DNA of 64,000 nt from Balamuthia mandrillaris. Taxonomy: Eukaryota. A program made the translations under genes and the position numbers. The DNA lies in the NCBI GenBank assembly GCA_031835245.2, contig JAVKOQ020000049.1, positions 124,001 through 188,000 of the forward strand, read 5' to 3'. The notes beneath the pieces were generated by a model, which worked only from the letters and a program-made list of their open reading frames with translations, was not told the origin of the DNA and searched no databases. Of the stretch, positions 14,022 through 26,901 are shown piece after piece. How positions within the stretch are numbered: the stretch's first letter is position 1; the number at the start of each line of letters is the position of its first letter.

Positions 14022-14948
14022 GGGAAGCACGTCCTACACTACAACCACCACCGAAACGCGGATCATCGAGCAGGTGGAGCCCGCCACCTACTACACCACC
14101 ACCTCCATGGCGCCCTCCTCGTTCTACACTCTGCCGACAATGACGACCATGGCCCCTCCTTCAGCAAGCTCGTACGTCGTGGCCCCTCCCTCCCTCTCCT
14201 ACGACATGGGGCCAACGCTACCACCTCCTTATGTCACTTCCTCGGGGTCCCTCCCTCCTCTCCCTCCTCTCCCTCCTCTTTCCTCTCCCTCTGCTGCCCC
14301 CATTTCTGCCACCACCTACTACCCGCCCCCGTCTTACTCGTGGAGCGCCACCAACAGCAGCGCAGGACCCGTTGGCGCAACGACCACCTACACCACCACT
14401 ACCTACTCTTCTTCTTCTTCCTCTGGGGGTGGGCCACCATTGGATAATAGTGGCTTTGTGTACGCCCCGCCACCGCCACCATCCATGTCTGCCTATCCAT
14501 CTTCTTCCTCCTCTTTCGCTCCTCCGCCTCCTCCTCCTTCCTCCTCCTCCTACTATCCTTCTCCTTACTCCTCTGCCTCTTCTTCAGCCGCTCCTTACGT
14601 GTCTTCATCAACGCTGCCTCCTGCCACAACCACCACTTATTATTCTGCCACCTCCTCTCCTGCTCCTCGTCCTCCGTTCTCCTCTTCCTCTGGCTATGCC
14701 ACCGCACCCATTCCTACGGTTAGTTACTCCTTTCCCCTCGTTCCTCTCGGCTTCTCTGCTTCTCTGCTTTCCTCGTCTCATCTTTGCTTCTCTGCTTCTA
14801 TGCTTCTCTTAACAATACATCACAACAACAGGGAATGACGCACACCGCGTCATACATGGACAGAACAAACAATATGTCGAACAGCAGCCAGCCAGGCGTC
14901 TACGGTGATGGCTTCAACAAACACAGAGGCATCTTCACCAGAAAATGA
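14022..14948 (+). CDS. Pro/Ser/Thr/Tyr-rich low-complexity protein, unknown function
   Basis: MYHYQPAGSTSY...; intron ~14719-14831 joins in frame to GMTHTASY...HRGIFTRK*. Confidence 0.6.
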
Positions 14949-15072
14949 TACCTCTTCCTTTGCTTTGTGTCTTTGTGTTTGTACATAACAACTAAAGCTA
15001 ACCACACACACACAAATAGAAAAACTCTCCTCTATTTACTTTAAACATACACATTTAACACTTTTTTCTGTG

Positions 15073-15841
15073 CTATCCCGAGTTATCTTTTTTGTTTCGG
15101 CGCCAAAGACTCGAGCGACGTCCGCTGTTACTGCCATTGCTCTTCTTTCCTTCTGTCTCAGCTGCCTCTCTGGCTGCCGTCACCGCCGCCAACACTTGTT
15201 CTGCCACTGACGCTGCGGATGATGTACCTTCCACCTCTCTTTCTTTTTCGCCTCCTCCTATTAACAATGCGGTCGTTCCTTCTTTCTCGTTGTTTGTTTC
15301 GTTGTTGTTGTCGTTTGAAGTGTTTTCTCCCTCTTTCTCTATTTCTTTCTCTTTCTCTTTCTCTTTCTCTCTCTCCCTTTCTCTCTCCTTCCTTTCAACG
15401 TTTGCATAAGAGGAAGAAAGCGAGGGCGAGGATAGAGAGAACGGCACGTGGAGAGCGGAAGCTTGTGGCTCACATCGAAGAGACATGTCCCAAAGGGCGT
15501 CATCATCGAGGGACTGCGGCAGCCTCTCCTGCTGAAACTCGCATAGGTAGTCGCGAATGGTTGTCTCCGTTTCGAGCGAGTAGGGTGTCGTTTGAAACTT
15601 TTCAATCTCCTTGATGACCAACAAAAGCCTTCGTCGCTTGTCGATGTTGATGAGTCGGAATAGGTTGTTGTTGTTGCTGCTGTTGCTGGAGGTATGAGCT
15701 AGGGGAGAGTGAAGACGGGGGGATGACGGCGCGTTGTTGTTCTTGTCGATAAAGTCTGGATTGCCATCTTCGATGTGAAGTATGTCTGAAAGATGAATAC
15801 CTTTTTTTTTTTAATGTTTGTTAACATCAGTTTAAACGAAG

Positions 15842-15894
<53 letters not shown>

Positions 15895-15912
15895 ACATCA
15901 GTTTAAACGAAG

Positions 15913-15953
<41 letters not shown>

Positions 15954-16223
15954 AACGAGAGAACAGGGATGTTGAGACGAGAGAGCAAAAGGTTGAAAGA
16001 ACCAAAGGACGACAGCAAGAGAGACAAGGGGAAAATGTACCCAAATAGGGAATGCAAGGAGGAGAAGTGGCCACCAGGGCTTGTCGGTAGTTCTTGTAGG
16101 AGCCAAAGTCGCTCATTAGCTCCTTCAGTTGAGTGAATGCAGCCATGACCTCCTTGTGATTTCGGCTCAGTTTCTGTTCCAGTGGAATAGAAGATAGCAA
16201 AAGAACAGTGGTTAGACTTGCTC

Positions 16224-16258
<35 letters not shown>

Positions 16259-19200
16259 ACCCTCCAAGTTCGTTTAAGTCGATACACAGCGGCACACTGA
16301 AGACCGGCCAGCACCTCTTGTATGCCATTAAAGTTGTTCAAAGCCAACAAATGCTGCATTGTTAAAAAAAACACTGTTAAACTAACGGTTGGTACGAAGC
16401 AGAAACGGGAACAGCCAGAAGAACGAACCTGCGCCACTTTGATAAAGTGCTTCACAACGAGCGCACGACGCTTATGATCGGTGACGCTAAGCACCTCAAA
16501 TGCAACCCATTGGCTGGTCGCGTTGAATCGTCGCGTCATGACTTGCAGCGGGCTCGTCGGCACCGCCATTCTCTTACTCCTCCTTCCTCCAGTCGGGCTC
16601 GTTAAGCTAGTGCTGCTGCTCTCTTTCTTTCGAACGGTACTATCGAAAAGGCCCTCCTTCTTCTTTTTGCAGCGGGGAGGTTCCAACGACTTGGCTCTTT
16701 CTCTGTCCTCCAAAGTAGCTTTTTGAAAGGTGGAAGGTGAAGAAGAAGGACTTCCCCCTGAAAGGTTGTTGCTGCCAATCTCAGCTCCAACTGTGTGTCC
16801 TCGCTGAAAACGAAAGTCAGGAAGTGGCGATGATACCGACGACCGAACCTCTCTTCGTAAAGTAGGAGAGTTGCTACATTCTCCCTTTTGTTCTTGTTGT
16901 TGTCGTTCTTCCTCTTGCTCAATGCTTTGTTGTTGGTTAATGTTTGTAGCCTCGTTATTGCTGGTAGTAGTACACTCATCCGAAGACGAGGAGGAGGAGT
17001 CAGAAGAAGAAGCAGGGTAGATACTAGCTGATGCAGATGAAATGTTTGCAGTGGAAAGGGAAGAGCGCGAAGAAGGCGGGGAAGAAGGGGATGCATCCGG
17101 AGGGAGAATCCATGACTTGCGCAGGCAATGCTCAGAGGGCCGAATCTTAACAAAAGCTTCAAACTCGATGAGCGTCATTTGTCTTGCAACTTCTAGGGGC
17201 TCAAAGTCCAAGAAGGTGTGTCCTTTGGGGGTGAGCGGATGCGGTGGAGTCTGCCCCTTTCGAGCCACCAGCTTTGTTTTCTACATGTCGAGCAAAAGAA
17301 GGCACGAGAGGTCAGTTACCTGAGAAAGCCATGAATGAACGAGACACAAGAGTAACGCACGACATACCGGATTCTGAAGTAAACTGGAGAGTTGTTTTAA
17401 CACTTGAGAGGCGAGCGTCGGTAGAGATGGAGACACCAACTCCTCCACCGTCTGAGAGAAGCGAGCACAGAGGGTTGAGTTGCAAAGAAAGTCATCCGGG
17501 CGCTTCTCCAGCCATATCTTCATGATGTTGCCCACTCTTCATTTGAAAGAAACCAATAACACACATAAAGCAGGATTGGGTTATACTTGCATGGACACTA
17601 AAGAGAATAAAAAGAGGACGACGAAGAAGCAACCAACCTGACGCGAATGATCCGTCTGCGAGCTTCAACGGCACCCGGGTCGGCCGTTTGCTGCGTGAAC
17701 GAGGCAGAGGGGGCTGCCACCCGGTACCGCTTTGCCAACTCATCCAGAAGCTGGATTGGATCGGTGAAAGAGGGATAAGACATCAGGAACGTTTCCACAA
17801 ACCCCGTTGTATCTTTCAGAAGAAAAGAAGGTAAATAACTGGCAAACGAGCGAGCGAGCAAAACATAAAGAGATACAAGAAGCCAAAGAATGAAACACAC
17901 AAAGAGTACAGACCAGAAGAGGAAGGAGACAAGAAGAAAAAGGAGACACATACCAACTTCTTCCTCCCAAGTAAGTCTTTCAACAAGTTTAGGAAGAGTG
18001 CCGCCTTTTATAAGCGGGTACTTCCTGGTGGGCGTTATCGGCAGAAAGATGAGTCCTTCCTCTACTGTCTCAGGCTCTTCCTCTGCACAGCTTCCTCCAA
18101 AAGAAGGGGTAGATGGTGCAGATGGCGTTGTTAGCCCTGGTGATGTGGCAAGAGAGCGGGCATCAAGGGATGGAATTGATTCTCCTGAGACTTGCTTCCG
18201 GTTGTTGGTGGTTGCCTCTTCTTCCAGCGAATTGTTGCTGCTTCTAGTGGTCATAATGCCTTCCACGGTTAAGTTTTTGGTCCGCTTTCCCACCGCGGCC
18301 AGGGTTGCCGCTGCCGTTGTTGTCGTTGTAGTCGTGACGCTTGTGACCATACTGCCACGAGGTCGCTGCAATGAACCGGATGGCGCATGTTGCTTTTGTC
18401 CGACATCGGCTTCGTTCTGTTCGTTGGCTGAGAATTGGCTCGATGCTTCTACATCACGCTCATCATCTTCTTCCTCCTCTTCTTCTTCAAGATCTCTCTC
18501 CTCTTTGTGCCGTTCTGTAGTATCGCGACCGTCGTCCTCTTGCTCAGCCGAGGCTTCGTCCCAATCTACGGTAGTGGGTCGTCTCTGCCTGCCAACGCTC
18601 AGTCCGAAAAAGTTCTTCCGACGAAGCACGGATGAGTTGGAGCGAGCGCGCACAAAGCGGCTTTCTCTTTCGCCTCCGCCGATTGTTCTCTTTGAAGAGT
18701 TAACTGTAGGTAGCTTCGTATCTGAAACAAACGATGTTAACTTTTTGCGAGGCAGTGGATGGCCACCTTGCGCTTCTCGTTGGTCTCTTCTGTCTTGAGA
18801 ACGACGCAAAGCAGACATGTCATCATCTCGGTGTCGTCGTTCTGCAATCTCTTCCTCATCTCCACGTTCTGTTTCCTCTGTTTGTTCATGTGTTTCTAGT
18901 TCGTCCTCTTCTTGCTCTAAGAACGTGGGCTTGGTCATATCAGAGTCACTGAGGCTTCGTCTTCTCGCCCGAGGATACTCCTCTCCCTCCCAAAATCCAA
19001 TCACTTCCACTCTGCCTCGTTTGTTCTGGTCATCCTCCATCACCTTGGCAATGAGCCACCTATCCTCTTGCTTTATTGCATCCACGTTTTGGTTGTTGTC
19101 TGTCTCTCGCTCACCATTCCTTTTGTGTAATAAAGAAGACGAAGCCAGGATTGTTGCTGAGGCTGAAGCTAAGCATGTCTTCGTGGCTGCTGGTTGTTGC

Positions 19201-19663
19201 TGTTCTTGTTGGCGTTGTTGAACGGATAAGAACTGTTGGAAGCGGGAAAGGAAGTCTTTGAGGTTTCTTTCGTCTACAGTCAGTCTCCGAGGAGATAATG
19301 TGTTTAAGCCGTTTTTCGAGTCTTCTGTTGAGGATGATGCAGAGTCCGAGTCAGAACAAGGGGAAGAAGCTGATGGAGCAGACGTCCATTGAAGTTTGAG
19401 AGAGGGGGTTGTGGAGGAAGAAGTCAAAGGCTGACGCAGTGAGGTTAGTTGCTGATACTCTGAGACTTCTTTCAACCGCTCTATCTCATCTCGTTGTGCC
19501 TCGTTTTCTCGTTGGAGAGCTTCCAATCGAGTTTCTAGCGCCTTTATCTTTTCTTGGTCGTCATTGTGTTTTTGGTTAGGAGAAACTTTGGGGTCTGCTT
19601 GGCTTCTGAGCTCACCGCACTCCATCCTCAATTCGACGACTGTGTTCTGTTTCGAGGGAGAGG

Positions 19664-19712
<49 letters not shown>

Positions 19713-20192
19713 GGGGGAGAAGGGTATCAGTTGACAGAGGACAAACCTACAAGGAGAGCATATAAACCACATGGAGAACGAACCTTGAGATGGCTTATCA
19801 TACGCTCACGAGCTTCTCTCTCAGTTACAACCTTAGTCAGTATGACCTACACGCAATGTTGAAGCTTAAGTTTGAGAAATAAAATAGAAAGAAACGATAG
19901 AACAAAGGAAGGACCATACGTGAAACCGTTCCTGCATCTCGTTGCATGCCAAAAGAATATGCTCTCTGTCCAAGATGGCACTGTCCCGCTCTTGGGCTAA
20001 TTGCTGTTTCTCCTTGTTCAAGTCTCTTACGCGTCTTTTTAGAAATTCCAGGTCTTTCGCTAACGCTCCTATTAATTCTTTGTTAAGTGATATGGTACAA
20101 CAAGAGCTAGGGAGATAGAATGCGAGAGATGTCACAAAACACGAACCGTGGTCTTCCTTTCCCCACAACTTCTTTCCTGCCCATTTGGACAT
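15073..20192 (-). CDS. RasGEF with N-terminal coiled coil, multi-exon
   Basis: IKGGTLPKLVERL, FLMSYPSF, DFEPLEVARQMTLIE, LNNFNGIQEVLAGL, PPCIPYLG, EDGNPDF. Confidence 0.9.
15833..15950. repeat. Intronic tandem duplication (AACATCAGTTTAAACGAAGG + GA tract, two copies)
   Basis: Two copies starting ~15823 and ~15894. Confidence 0.7.
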
Positions 20193-20519
20193 TCTCTTGA
20201 GCCTCCGAAGAAACCCTTCAAAGCTACTTTTTCTTCTGTACTAAAGAAGAAACCGGTTGTAGCACGAACAAACGCACGCCCAACCTCAGTTGCCTTGCCC
20301 TCCACGTCCCGTTCTTGCCTGTTTTCCACACACGCACACTCCAGACAAGAAGTCTCTCCAACCGACGCGTATATCCTTTTAAAGTAAAGAAAAAAATATG
20401 AGAAACAATTATCAACCAAAAAATTCATAAGGTCGTCACGATGAAATTTGTTCGTGTCGTCACGAAAAATAAATTAAGGAGAAACGCCGTACTGGTGGAG
20501 TGGCAAAGAGCGAAGAAGT

Positions 20520-22400
20520 CTAGGAGGAAGAAGGAAGCAAAGCGCGAAGGCCGTGGAGCAGAATGAGGCCGTAACAAGGGATCAGGTTGGCCAGCAAGTA
20601 GACCACAGGAATGGAGCACACGGTGTGAAGACGCGATACATCCTGGGTGTACTTGTACCAGGCAAGGTCCGCTTTGCTCCTTCGTCCGCTGGCCATACGT
20701 TCCTCGAAGGAGAGCTCCTCCTCCCCTGGCGCCAGTGCGGCGTCCCTCCTCTTCTGAAGCCTGTTCTTCTGCTGGGCAAACAAGATGCCCGCTCTGCGCA
20801 GAAACTGGTCGGTGGAGACAGTGATGTAGATGGGGATCACGGAGCAATAGATAAAGGCAAAGATCCAGGGCTGCCAAAGAGCGGCCAAGAACATGCCTCC
20901 AAAGTACAGCGCCAAGGCCCAAGGCCGGTTCGTATCACACCCAAAGCTTACCACTATCCCGATCCACAACGTCAGGTATATAAGAAACGCACTAACGAAT
21001 GAAGATATATAGTCAGGAAAATTGATACGATACGACGGAGAACCAAAGAGGACAAAGACATGAAAAGCAAAGAGAACGTACACTGTTATCTCGGGCAAAA
21101 GTGTCATGAAGGAAAGGCCCATGACAGCACCGACCAACGGCAAAGAGGCCCTCAAAAACTGAGGCCGCAGCGCCCAGTTCCTATATGGCCGTAACCGCTT
21201 ATGCGCAGAGAGAAACTTTCTATCGTATATACAGGTGAAGAGGGAGACAAAGACGGCAAAAGGCGCCTCCACGGCGTTGATGGTGGCAAAGATGAGCAGG
21301 AACGAGCTCTCGCCGTTGGAAGGGAAGCTCTGGCCAGGAGGGGCCAACAAAGTGAAGAGAAAAAGCAGGACGAAAGGGAAGAGGGAGAGGGAGTAGAAGA
21401 TGGCAGAGAGGAGGTAGAGGATGCGAATGGCCTGAGGGGCAGCGCGGGTGTCCTTCTTGTTGGTAGCGATGAGATAGAACCAGAACCAATGCGGCTGGAG
21501 CCAGAAGCAGTGGGCCAAGCGGACATAGTTCATCGGGTTGAAGAAAGAGAGATGGCGGTAGTGACGGGTGTTTGGCGTTTTGCTTTGGGTTGCAGAAACA
21601 GAAGCAGAAGATGAGGGCGAGGCTTCCTTTTGGTTGGGAGAAGCAACAGAAGAGGGGTGGTATGGCCGAAAGGGAGGAGTGGGTTGCGGTCGGAACTTCC
21701 AAGGATTGCTGTATTCCAGTCGATAAGCCAACGCACTGCTTATTGCCTCCTCCTCCTCCTCCTCTTGCCTCTTCTTTTCCTCTTCTTCTGCTTTGTGGAC
21801 TGCAGCAAGCAAACTCTCTTCCTCTTTGCTACAGACGAGTCGCTGGGAGGTGCCTCTGCCTTGCCCTCGGTGCTCACGAAGCACAAAGAGGGAGTTGCGT
21901 TGGCTGCAAGCAAGGTAGTGGCGGTGATGAGTGTAGAAGAAGAGAGAGGGACGAGGGATCTTGAAGTCGTACTGGGAGTAGACCCTTTGCTCTCTCTCGT
22001 CTAACAGCTGGTAGAGGTAGAGCTGTTTCCAGTTCTGGTCGTCAAAGAAGTGGGCCGACCACTTGGGGTATTGCGGATGATCCCGAGAACGGCGAGAAAG
22101 ACGAGCAGGAGAAAGGTCTTCCCCTCCTTCTGCTTGTTGCTGCTGTAGCTGCTGGCTCAGGGCGCTCTCTTTGGCCAAGTAGAGTTTCTTCCAGAGGTGG
22201 TTGTCCGAGGCCACTTGCCTCCAGGAGGTGTTCACGGCAGAGGCCTGCAAGAGCTCCTTGGGCGAAAGGTAGCTGAATATTTGGTACAGGGTTTCGGCTG
22301 GCAGCCCCACGTTTGACGTCGTCAGGGCAAGTGGGTCATCCGCTTGGCAGCGCTCTGGTTCTTCTTTCTTTTTCTTTTCCTTCTTGAAGAAACCAAACAT
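20520..22400 (-). CDS. F-box protein with C-terminal multi-pass membrane region, single exon
   Basis: LPAETLYQIFSYLSPKELLQASAVNTSWRQVASDNHLWKKLY; several hydrophobic segments in the C-terminal half. Confidence 0.85.
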   Translation of the reverse strand: MFGFFKKEKKKKEEPERCQADDPLALTTSNVGLPAETLYQIFSYLSPKELLQASAVNTSWRQVASDNHLWKKLYLAKESALSQQLQQQQAEGGEDLSPARLSRRSRDHPQYPKWSAHFFDDQNWKQLYLYQLLDEREQRVYSQYDFKIPRPSLFFYTHHRHYLACSQRNSLFVLREHRGQGRGTSQRLVCSKEEESLLAAVHKAEEEEKKRQEEEEEEAISSALAYRLEYSNPWKFRPQPTPPFRPYHPSSVASPNQKEASPSSSASVSATQSKTPNTRHYRHLSFFNPMNYVRLAHCFWLQPHWFWFYLIATNKKDTRAAPQAIRILYLLSAIFYSLSLFPFVLLFLFTLLAPPGQSFPSNGESSFLLIFATINAVEAPFAVFVSLFTCIYDRKFLSAHKRLRPYRNWALRPQFLRASLPLVGAVMGLSFMTLLPEITVYVLFAFHVFVLFGSPSYRINFPDYISSFVSAFLIYLTLWIGIVVSFGCDTNRPWALALYFGGMFLAALWQPWIFAFIYCSVIPIYITVSTDQFLRRAGILFAQQKNRLQKRRDAALAPGEEELSFEERMASGRRSKADLAWYKYTQDVSRLHTVCSIPVVYLLANLIPCYGLILLHGLRALLPSSS

Positions 22401-22997
22401 TTTTTTTTTCTCTCAGAGCTGCTGCTGCTTCGTTGGCCAGAAAAAAACAAACCTGGCTGGCGAAACAGGCCTTCAAAAAAGTATGCGTGTAATGGTTTTT
22501 TGGTATGTTCTTTTCTTGTCATATATTTTTCGCTCGTTTTCATTCTCCCATAGTGTGACTTGAGGGGGCATTCGAGGGTACCAAGCAACGACTGAGTCCA
22601 TTTTTCGGAAGGATCTTGTCCAGGCTATTCATCGCTCAAATTCACCTATCCACCTGGGACGCTTTTTACTCGCTTTCGTATCGGGGATTTTATTCTTTTT
22701 TTGTTTGTGCGTGTGGGGGTGGATGTTCGCAGAGAGCGGAACAACGACCAACACCTCCAGAGACCCCAAAAGGCAAACATGGAACTTGTGGCGTTCTCTT
22801 TGTTCGGATAGCACCATCGCTTAGTTTTGGACAGAAAGCGTTTTTTAAAACTATAAAAAAAAAAACGCTGCACCACCGTTCTTACTTCCTCTTTCTTACT
22901 TTTCTTAGAAACAAGAAAACCCTTAAATAAGCTTATCAACAACACCAGAAGAGACGGAAAGAAAGCATTTGCTTCTTTTTATCATACCAACAGAACA

Positions 22998-23038
<41 letters not shown>

Positions 23039-24625
23039 AACGTAATTTCCCTCTTTCTGTTCCGGTCTTCGTCCTTCGTCCTCTCCGAGGGGTTGTTGGG
23101 CAGCCAAACTGCAAGTCACTCAACCTCACCCCCCAAAATTGATACATTTTTGGCACGTTTTGGTACTCCTCGACTCCAACTATTTTCTCACACCAACTAT
23201 CGAAGTCCCTTCCTCCTCTCCCCCAGCAAAGAGAGAACAGCAAAAGGGGAGGGAGTAGTGGGGTCGGCCAACGAGACTACTCTTTTTTTTTGTTGTATTA
23301 CGTCTATTCTTGGCAAGCCCTCTCCCGCTATTATTTTTCTCTTCCCTTTTCTTTTTTTTTTGTTGCACAACGCTATTCTTGTCTACTGTCCCTTTCTTTT
23401 TTCTTTTTTCCTTTTTTTTTCTTTCACCCACACACACCACTTCACTTTCTCTACTGTATTTGCGGAGCTTGCCGTCCGTTTGAGTGAGGTACGCTATACT
23501 TTGATTTTTTATGTTTTGTGCTCATCATCATCATCCTGTATGCATGTTTTTTTTTGTTTTCTGTCTCCCTTGTTTTTTTTGATGTGGAGCGGAGTTGCAC
23601 ACACGAAAAAAAAATAGTTGGAGTCATTTTTTTCTTTTTTTTTTATTTTCAAAATCGTTTTTTTTTTTTTGTTTAAAAAAAAGCACACCGCCTTTTTTTT
23701 TTTCACCGCCGAAAGACTTTCGAGTCTTTTTTTTCCCCCTCCACGCTTCTGTGCGGAAGCACACGCTCATCCCCTCGCTCCAGGAGCGATTTTTTTGAAA
23801 TCAAAAAGACATAGCGAGAAAAAAAAAAGGGTACCACTCGATTGGGATTTCTTTTTTATTTATTTATTTATTATTCTTGTTGTCCTATTTCTCCGAGGGG
23901 TGAGCATCCCTCTGCAACCGCAACCCCGACTTGGAGATTTTTTTTTTTTGCTTTTCAAATACCTCCCCCCTTTTCTCCCACTTTTTTTATGGGCTTGATT
24001 CTTGTTTTTTCTGGATTTGATTGCTAGTCTTCGTTCTCATTTCTCTCTACTTGCTCTGCCTTTTTTCGAATTTTTTTTTTTTGATGCTTGGATGTTCCCT
24101 CTCTCTGGGTTTCCCCCTTTTTCAAATTTTATTTTCGCTTCTTTTCGTGTGGCACTAGCAGAAAACTCCTCTCAACAATCCCTATTTTTTATTTCATTTG
24201 CACTGTTGTCTGTTGTTGCTCTCACTCAATCCCCAAATCAAATCAAATCAAATCAAATCAAATCAAAACACCTCGCATCACAAACACCAAATTCCTTTGT
24301 TTAGTGCATTTTTTTGTGTGGATTGGGTTCCTATTTTTTTGTATGTGTGCATGCATTTTTCTGCTCTTTCCCTCAATTGTTCTCCCCTTCTATCCCCCTT
24401 TCCTTCCAATGTATGTGCCTAATCCTCTTTGTCTTTATTTTTTGGGTCATAAAAAACAGAGGAACCAGCAAGTTCTTCCGCTTCTTTCTTTGTTTTTTTA
24501 CGTCTCGGTTCTCGCTCGGCAACACCTCGCCTCTGTTGCTGTGAGACCCTTTTTCACGCCACACCATTCCCTCGTTTAGTACGCTGAAGCACTGGGCTCC
24601 GCCCATTACGAAATCAGCCGATCAG

Positions 24626-26803
24626 ATGGAACATCATAGCAAGAGATCTGTCGATCATGGAGGAGCGGCTGGAGAGAAGTCCAGCTCGCAATCCGCCATG
24701 CTCTCTCTTACCTCGGAGCAGTTCCTGGAAGAGGACGCCAGACAGCTGTTGGACGTCTACCAGGAGTCCTACGCCGAGATCCAGAAGGAACTACAAAAAC
24801 CCAACGTGCTTATTACTGGTATCACGGGCTCCGGCAAGAGCTCCTTCATCAACGCCCTCTTTGGCCAGAGCTTTGCCAAGGTCGGCTCCGGCACTCCCAT
24901 CACACAACACTTTGACCGCTACGCTCCAGCGGACAAGCCCATCGTCCTCTACGACTCTAAGGGTTTGGAAAGCGGCAAGGCCACGGAGTTTGTGGAAACC
25001 ACCAGGCAGTTCTTCGAGTCTCACAAGAAGACGGATACGGGTAACATCACCGACTGCATCCACGTCGTGTGGTACATCGTCAACTCGGCGATGGCGAGGT
25101 TCCAAGACTTCGAGGTGGAGATCTGTAAGTCTCTCTTCCAGCACGTGCCCATCGTCTTCATCCTCAACAAGGCCGACATCAGCACGGAGAGCGAGAGGGC
25201 CGCCCTCAGGAAGATTATTGAGGACATGAACCTGGACAACTGTTTTGGCGTGATTGAGACTATTGCCAACCCTCGAGCCACCAGCAACAACAATTTTGAC
25301 AAGTGTCCCAAGTGCGAGAGCGAGGAGATCGTCATCCGCAGAAAGACCAAGATGCTGGAGTGCGAGTCTTGTGGGCATTCCCTGAGTGTCGCCAACGACA
25401 ACGGCCTCGCTAAGGTTATCAAGACTACCATCAAGATCCTTCCCGTGCTAGCAAAGGACTCCTTCATCGCTGCTCAGAGCGTATCCTTCCACCTGAAAGA
25501 GGACCAGGCCAAGAAGGTCCTGCTGGAGTCTGAGAAGGACTTTGAGCGCGTGCGCGGCAAGGGCAGCCTCGTCAAGATCACTGCCAAGATGCTCACTCGC
25601 CTCTCCATTATCTGGCAATTCCGCGAGCATGGCAACCTCTATGGCGTAGACGTGGCTCAACACCTCGTTTCCTCCTTTACTTTCCGAGACTCCATCATGC
25701 TCTTCATTCACAAGCACCAGTCCCAGAAGAATCACGCTATCGCGCTGGGCATCCTCTGGAACCGTTGCGTGAGGTCCTTAGCCATGGAGATCTTCAACGA
25801 CATCACCGAGCTGGGTGATGAGATCGACCGCCTCATGGAAGAATGGCCCAACCTCATCCACACCGCTTTTGAGGACCTCACCAAGGAAAAGTTGGACGCT
25901 ATGGAGGACAGGTTGGAGAAAGATAATCTCATCAAGATTCTCAACGAGGAGATGCCGCCGCACGAGGATGAGTCCGTTACCAACACCCCAATCCTGGTGA
26001 GCTCCCGCCGTGAGCTCTCTCAACGCAAGCACAAGCACAAGAAGCGCTACAGCATGGATGGCCACATTGGCACCCTCGACTCCGATACGAAAGAAAAGAG
26101 GAGCATCTACCGCAAGAAACTCTCGCCAACGTATACCGCCTCAGACAGCAACTTTTTATCATCCAAGACGGTGCATGGCTATAAGTCCCCACCTGCCGGC
26201 TCAACCTCGGGTTCCTCTTCCACCAACACCTCCTCTGCCTCCTCCTCTGATGACGAGGGCCAACAGCAACGAGGGAAAGACAAGGAGAAGGTGAAGGAGA
26301 AGGAGGTCGGAGAGAAGAAGACCTCCACATCGAGCAAAAGGAAGAAGAAGAGCCTAAAGCACAGTGACCACAAGAAAAAAGGTTCCTCCAAGAAACGTAC
26401 CGAAGAGGCCAATGGCATTAGCAATGGCTCGCACTCAGGTCGCGTCCGTAGAACGAAAAAGCAGAACACAGAGGGAAGAGACAGAGAGAAAGACAAGGAC
26501 AAGGACAAAGACAAAGAGATAGAAAAGGAGAAGGAGAACGATAGCAAGAACATCGAGGAAGCACCAGAATCAAGTAAGGAGGGCATCAAAAAGAGTAACA
26601 GCAGCGACAACTTAAGCAAAGAAGCAGACACGATACACAAGTCTGACGGTTCCGAATCAAGCAGCGCCAGTAGTTCAGATGACGAAGTAGGCTCCTCCTC
26701 CAATCTTAAAGAAAAAAAGAAGTCCAGCAGCTCCAAACGACAGAAGAAGCACACCAAGAGCAAGACGAAACCGCACAAGAAAAAGGGCAAGGAGTCGTTG
26801 TGA
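24626..26803 (+). CDS. TRAFAC-class P-loop GTPase with zinc-ribbon insert and Lys/Ser-rich tail; intronless CDS
   Basis: G1 GITGSGKS, G2 T, G3 DSKG, G4 NKAD; CPKC-x16-CESC. Confidence 0.85.
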   Translation: MEHHSKRSVDHGGAAGEKSSSQSAMLSLTSEQFLEEDARQLLDVYQESYAEIQKELQKPNVLITGITGSGKSSFINALFGQSFAKVGSGTPITQHFDRYAPADKPIVLYDSKGLESGKATEFVETTRQFFESHKKTDTGNITDCIHVVWYIVNSAMARFQDFEVEICKSLFQHVPIVFILNKADISTESERAALRKIIEDMNLDNCFGVIETIANPRATSNNNFDKCPKCESEEIVIRRKTKMLECESCGHSLSVANDNGLAKVIKTTIKILPVLAKDSFIAAQSVSFHLKEDQAKKVLLESEKDFERVRGKGSLVKITAKMLTRLSIIWQFREHGNLYGVDVAQHLVSSFTFRDSIMLFIHKHQSQKNHAIALGILWNRCVRSLAMEIFNDITELGDEIDRLMEEWPNLIHTAFEDLTKEKLDAMEDRLEKDNLIKILNEEMPPHEDESVTNTPILVSSRRELSQRKHKHKKRYSMDGHIGTLDSDTKEKRSIYRKKLSPTYTASDSNFLSSKTVHGYKSPPAGSTSGSSSTNTSSASSSDDEGQQQRGKDKEKVKEKEVGEKKTSTSSKRKKKSLKHSDHKKKGSSKKRTEEANGISNGSHSGRVRRTKKQNTEGRDREKDKDKDKDKEIEKEKENDSKNIEEAPESSKEGIKKSNSSDNLSKEADTIHKSDGSESSSASSSDDEVGSSSNLKEKKKSSSSKRQKKHTKSKTKPHKKKGKESL

Positions 26804-26864
26804 CTATCCCCTCTCCGCTCTTCTCTGGCTTTCCTCTTGGTTCGCTCCAAGGTAAGAATCTCTC

Positions 26865-26901
<37 letters not shown>

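Noticed and set aside
22616..24606. Many Phe/Lys-rich short ORFs
   Set aside because: Products of poly-T and poly-A tracts with no coding signature
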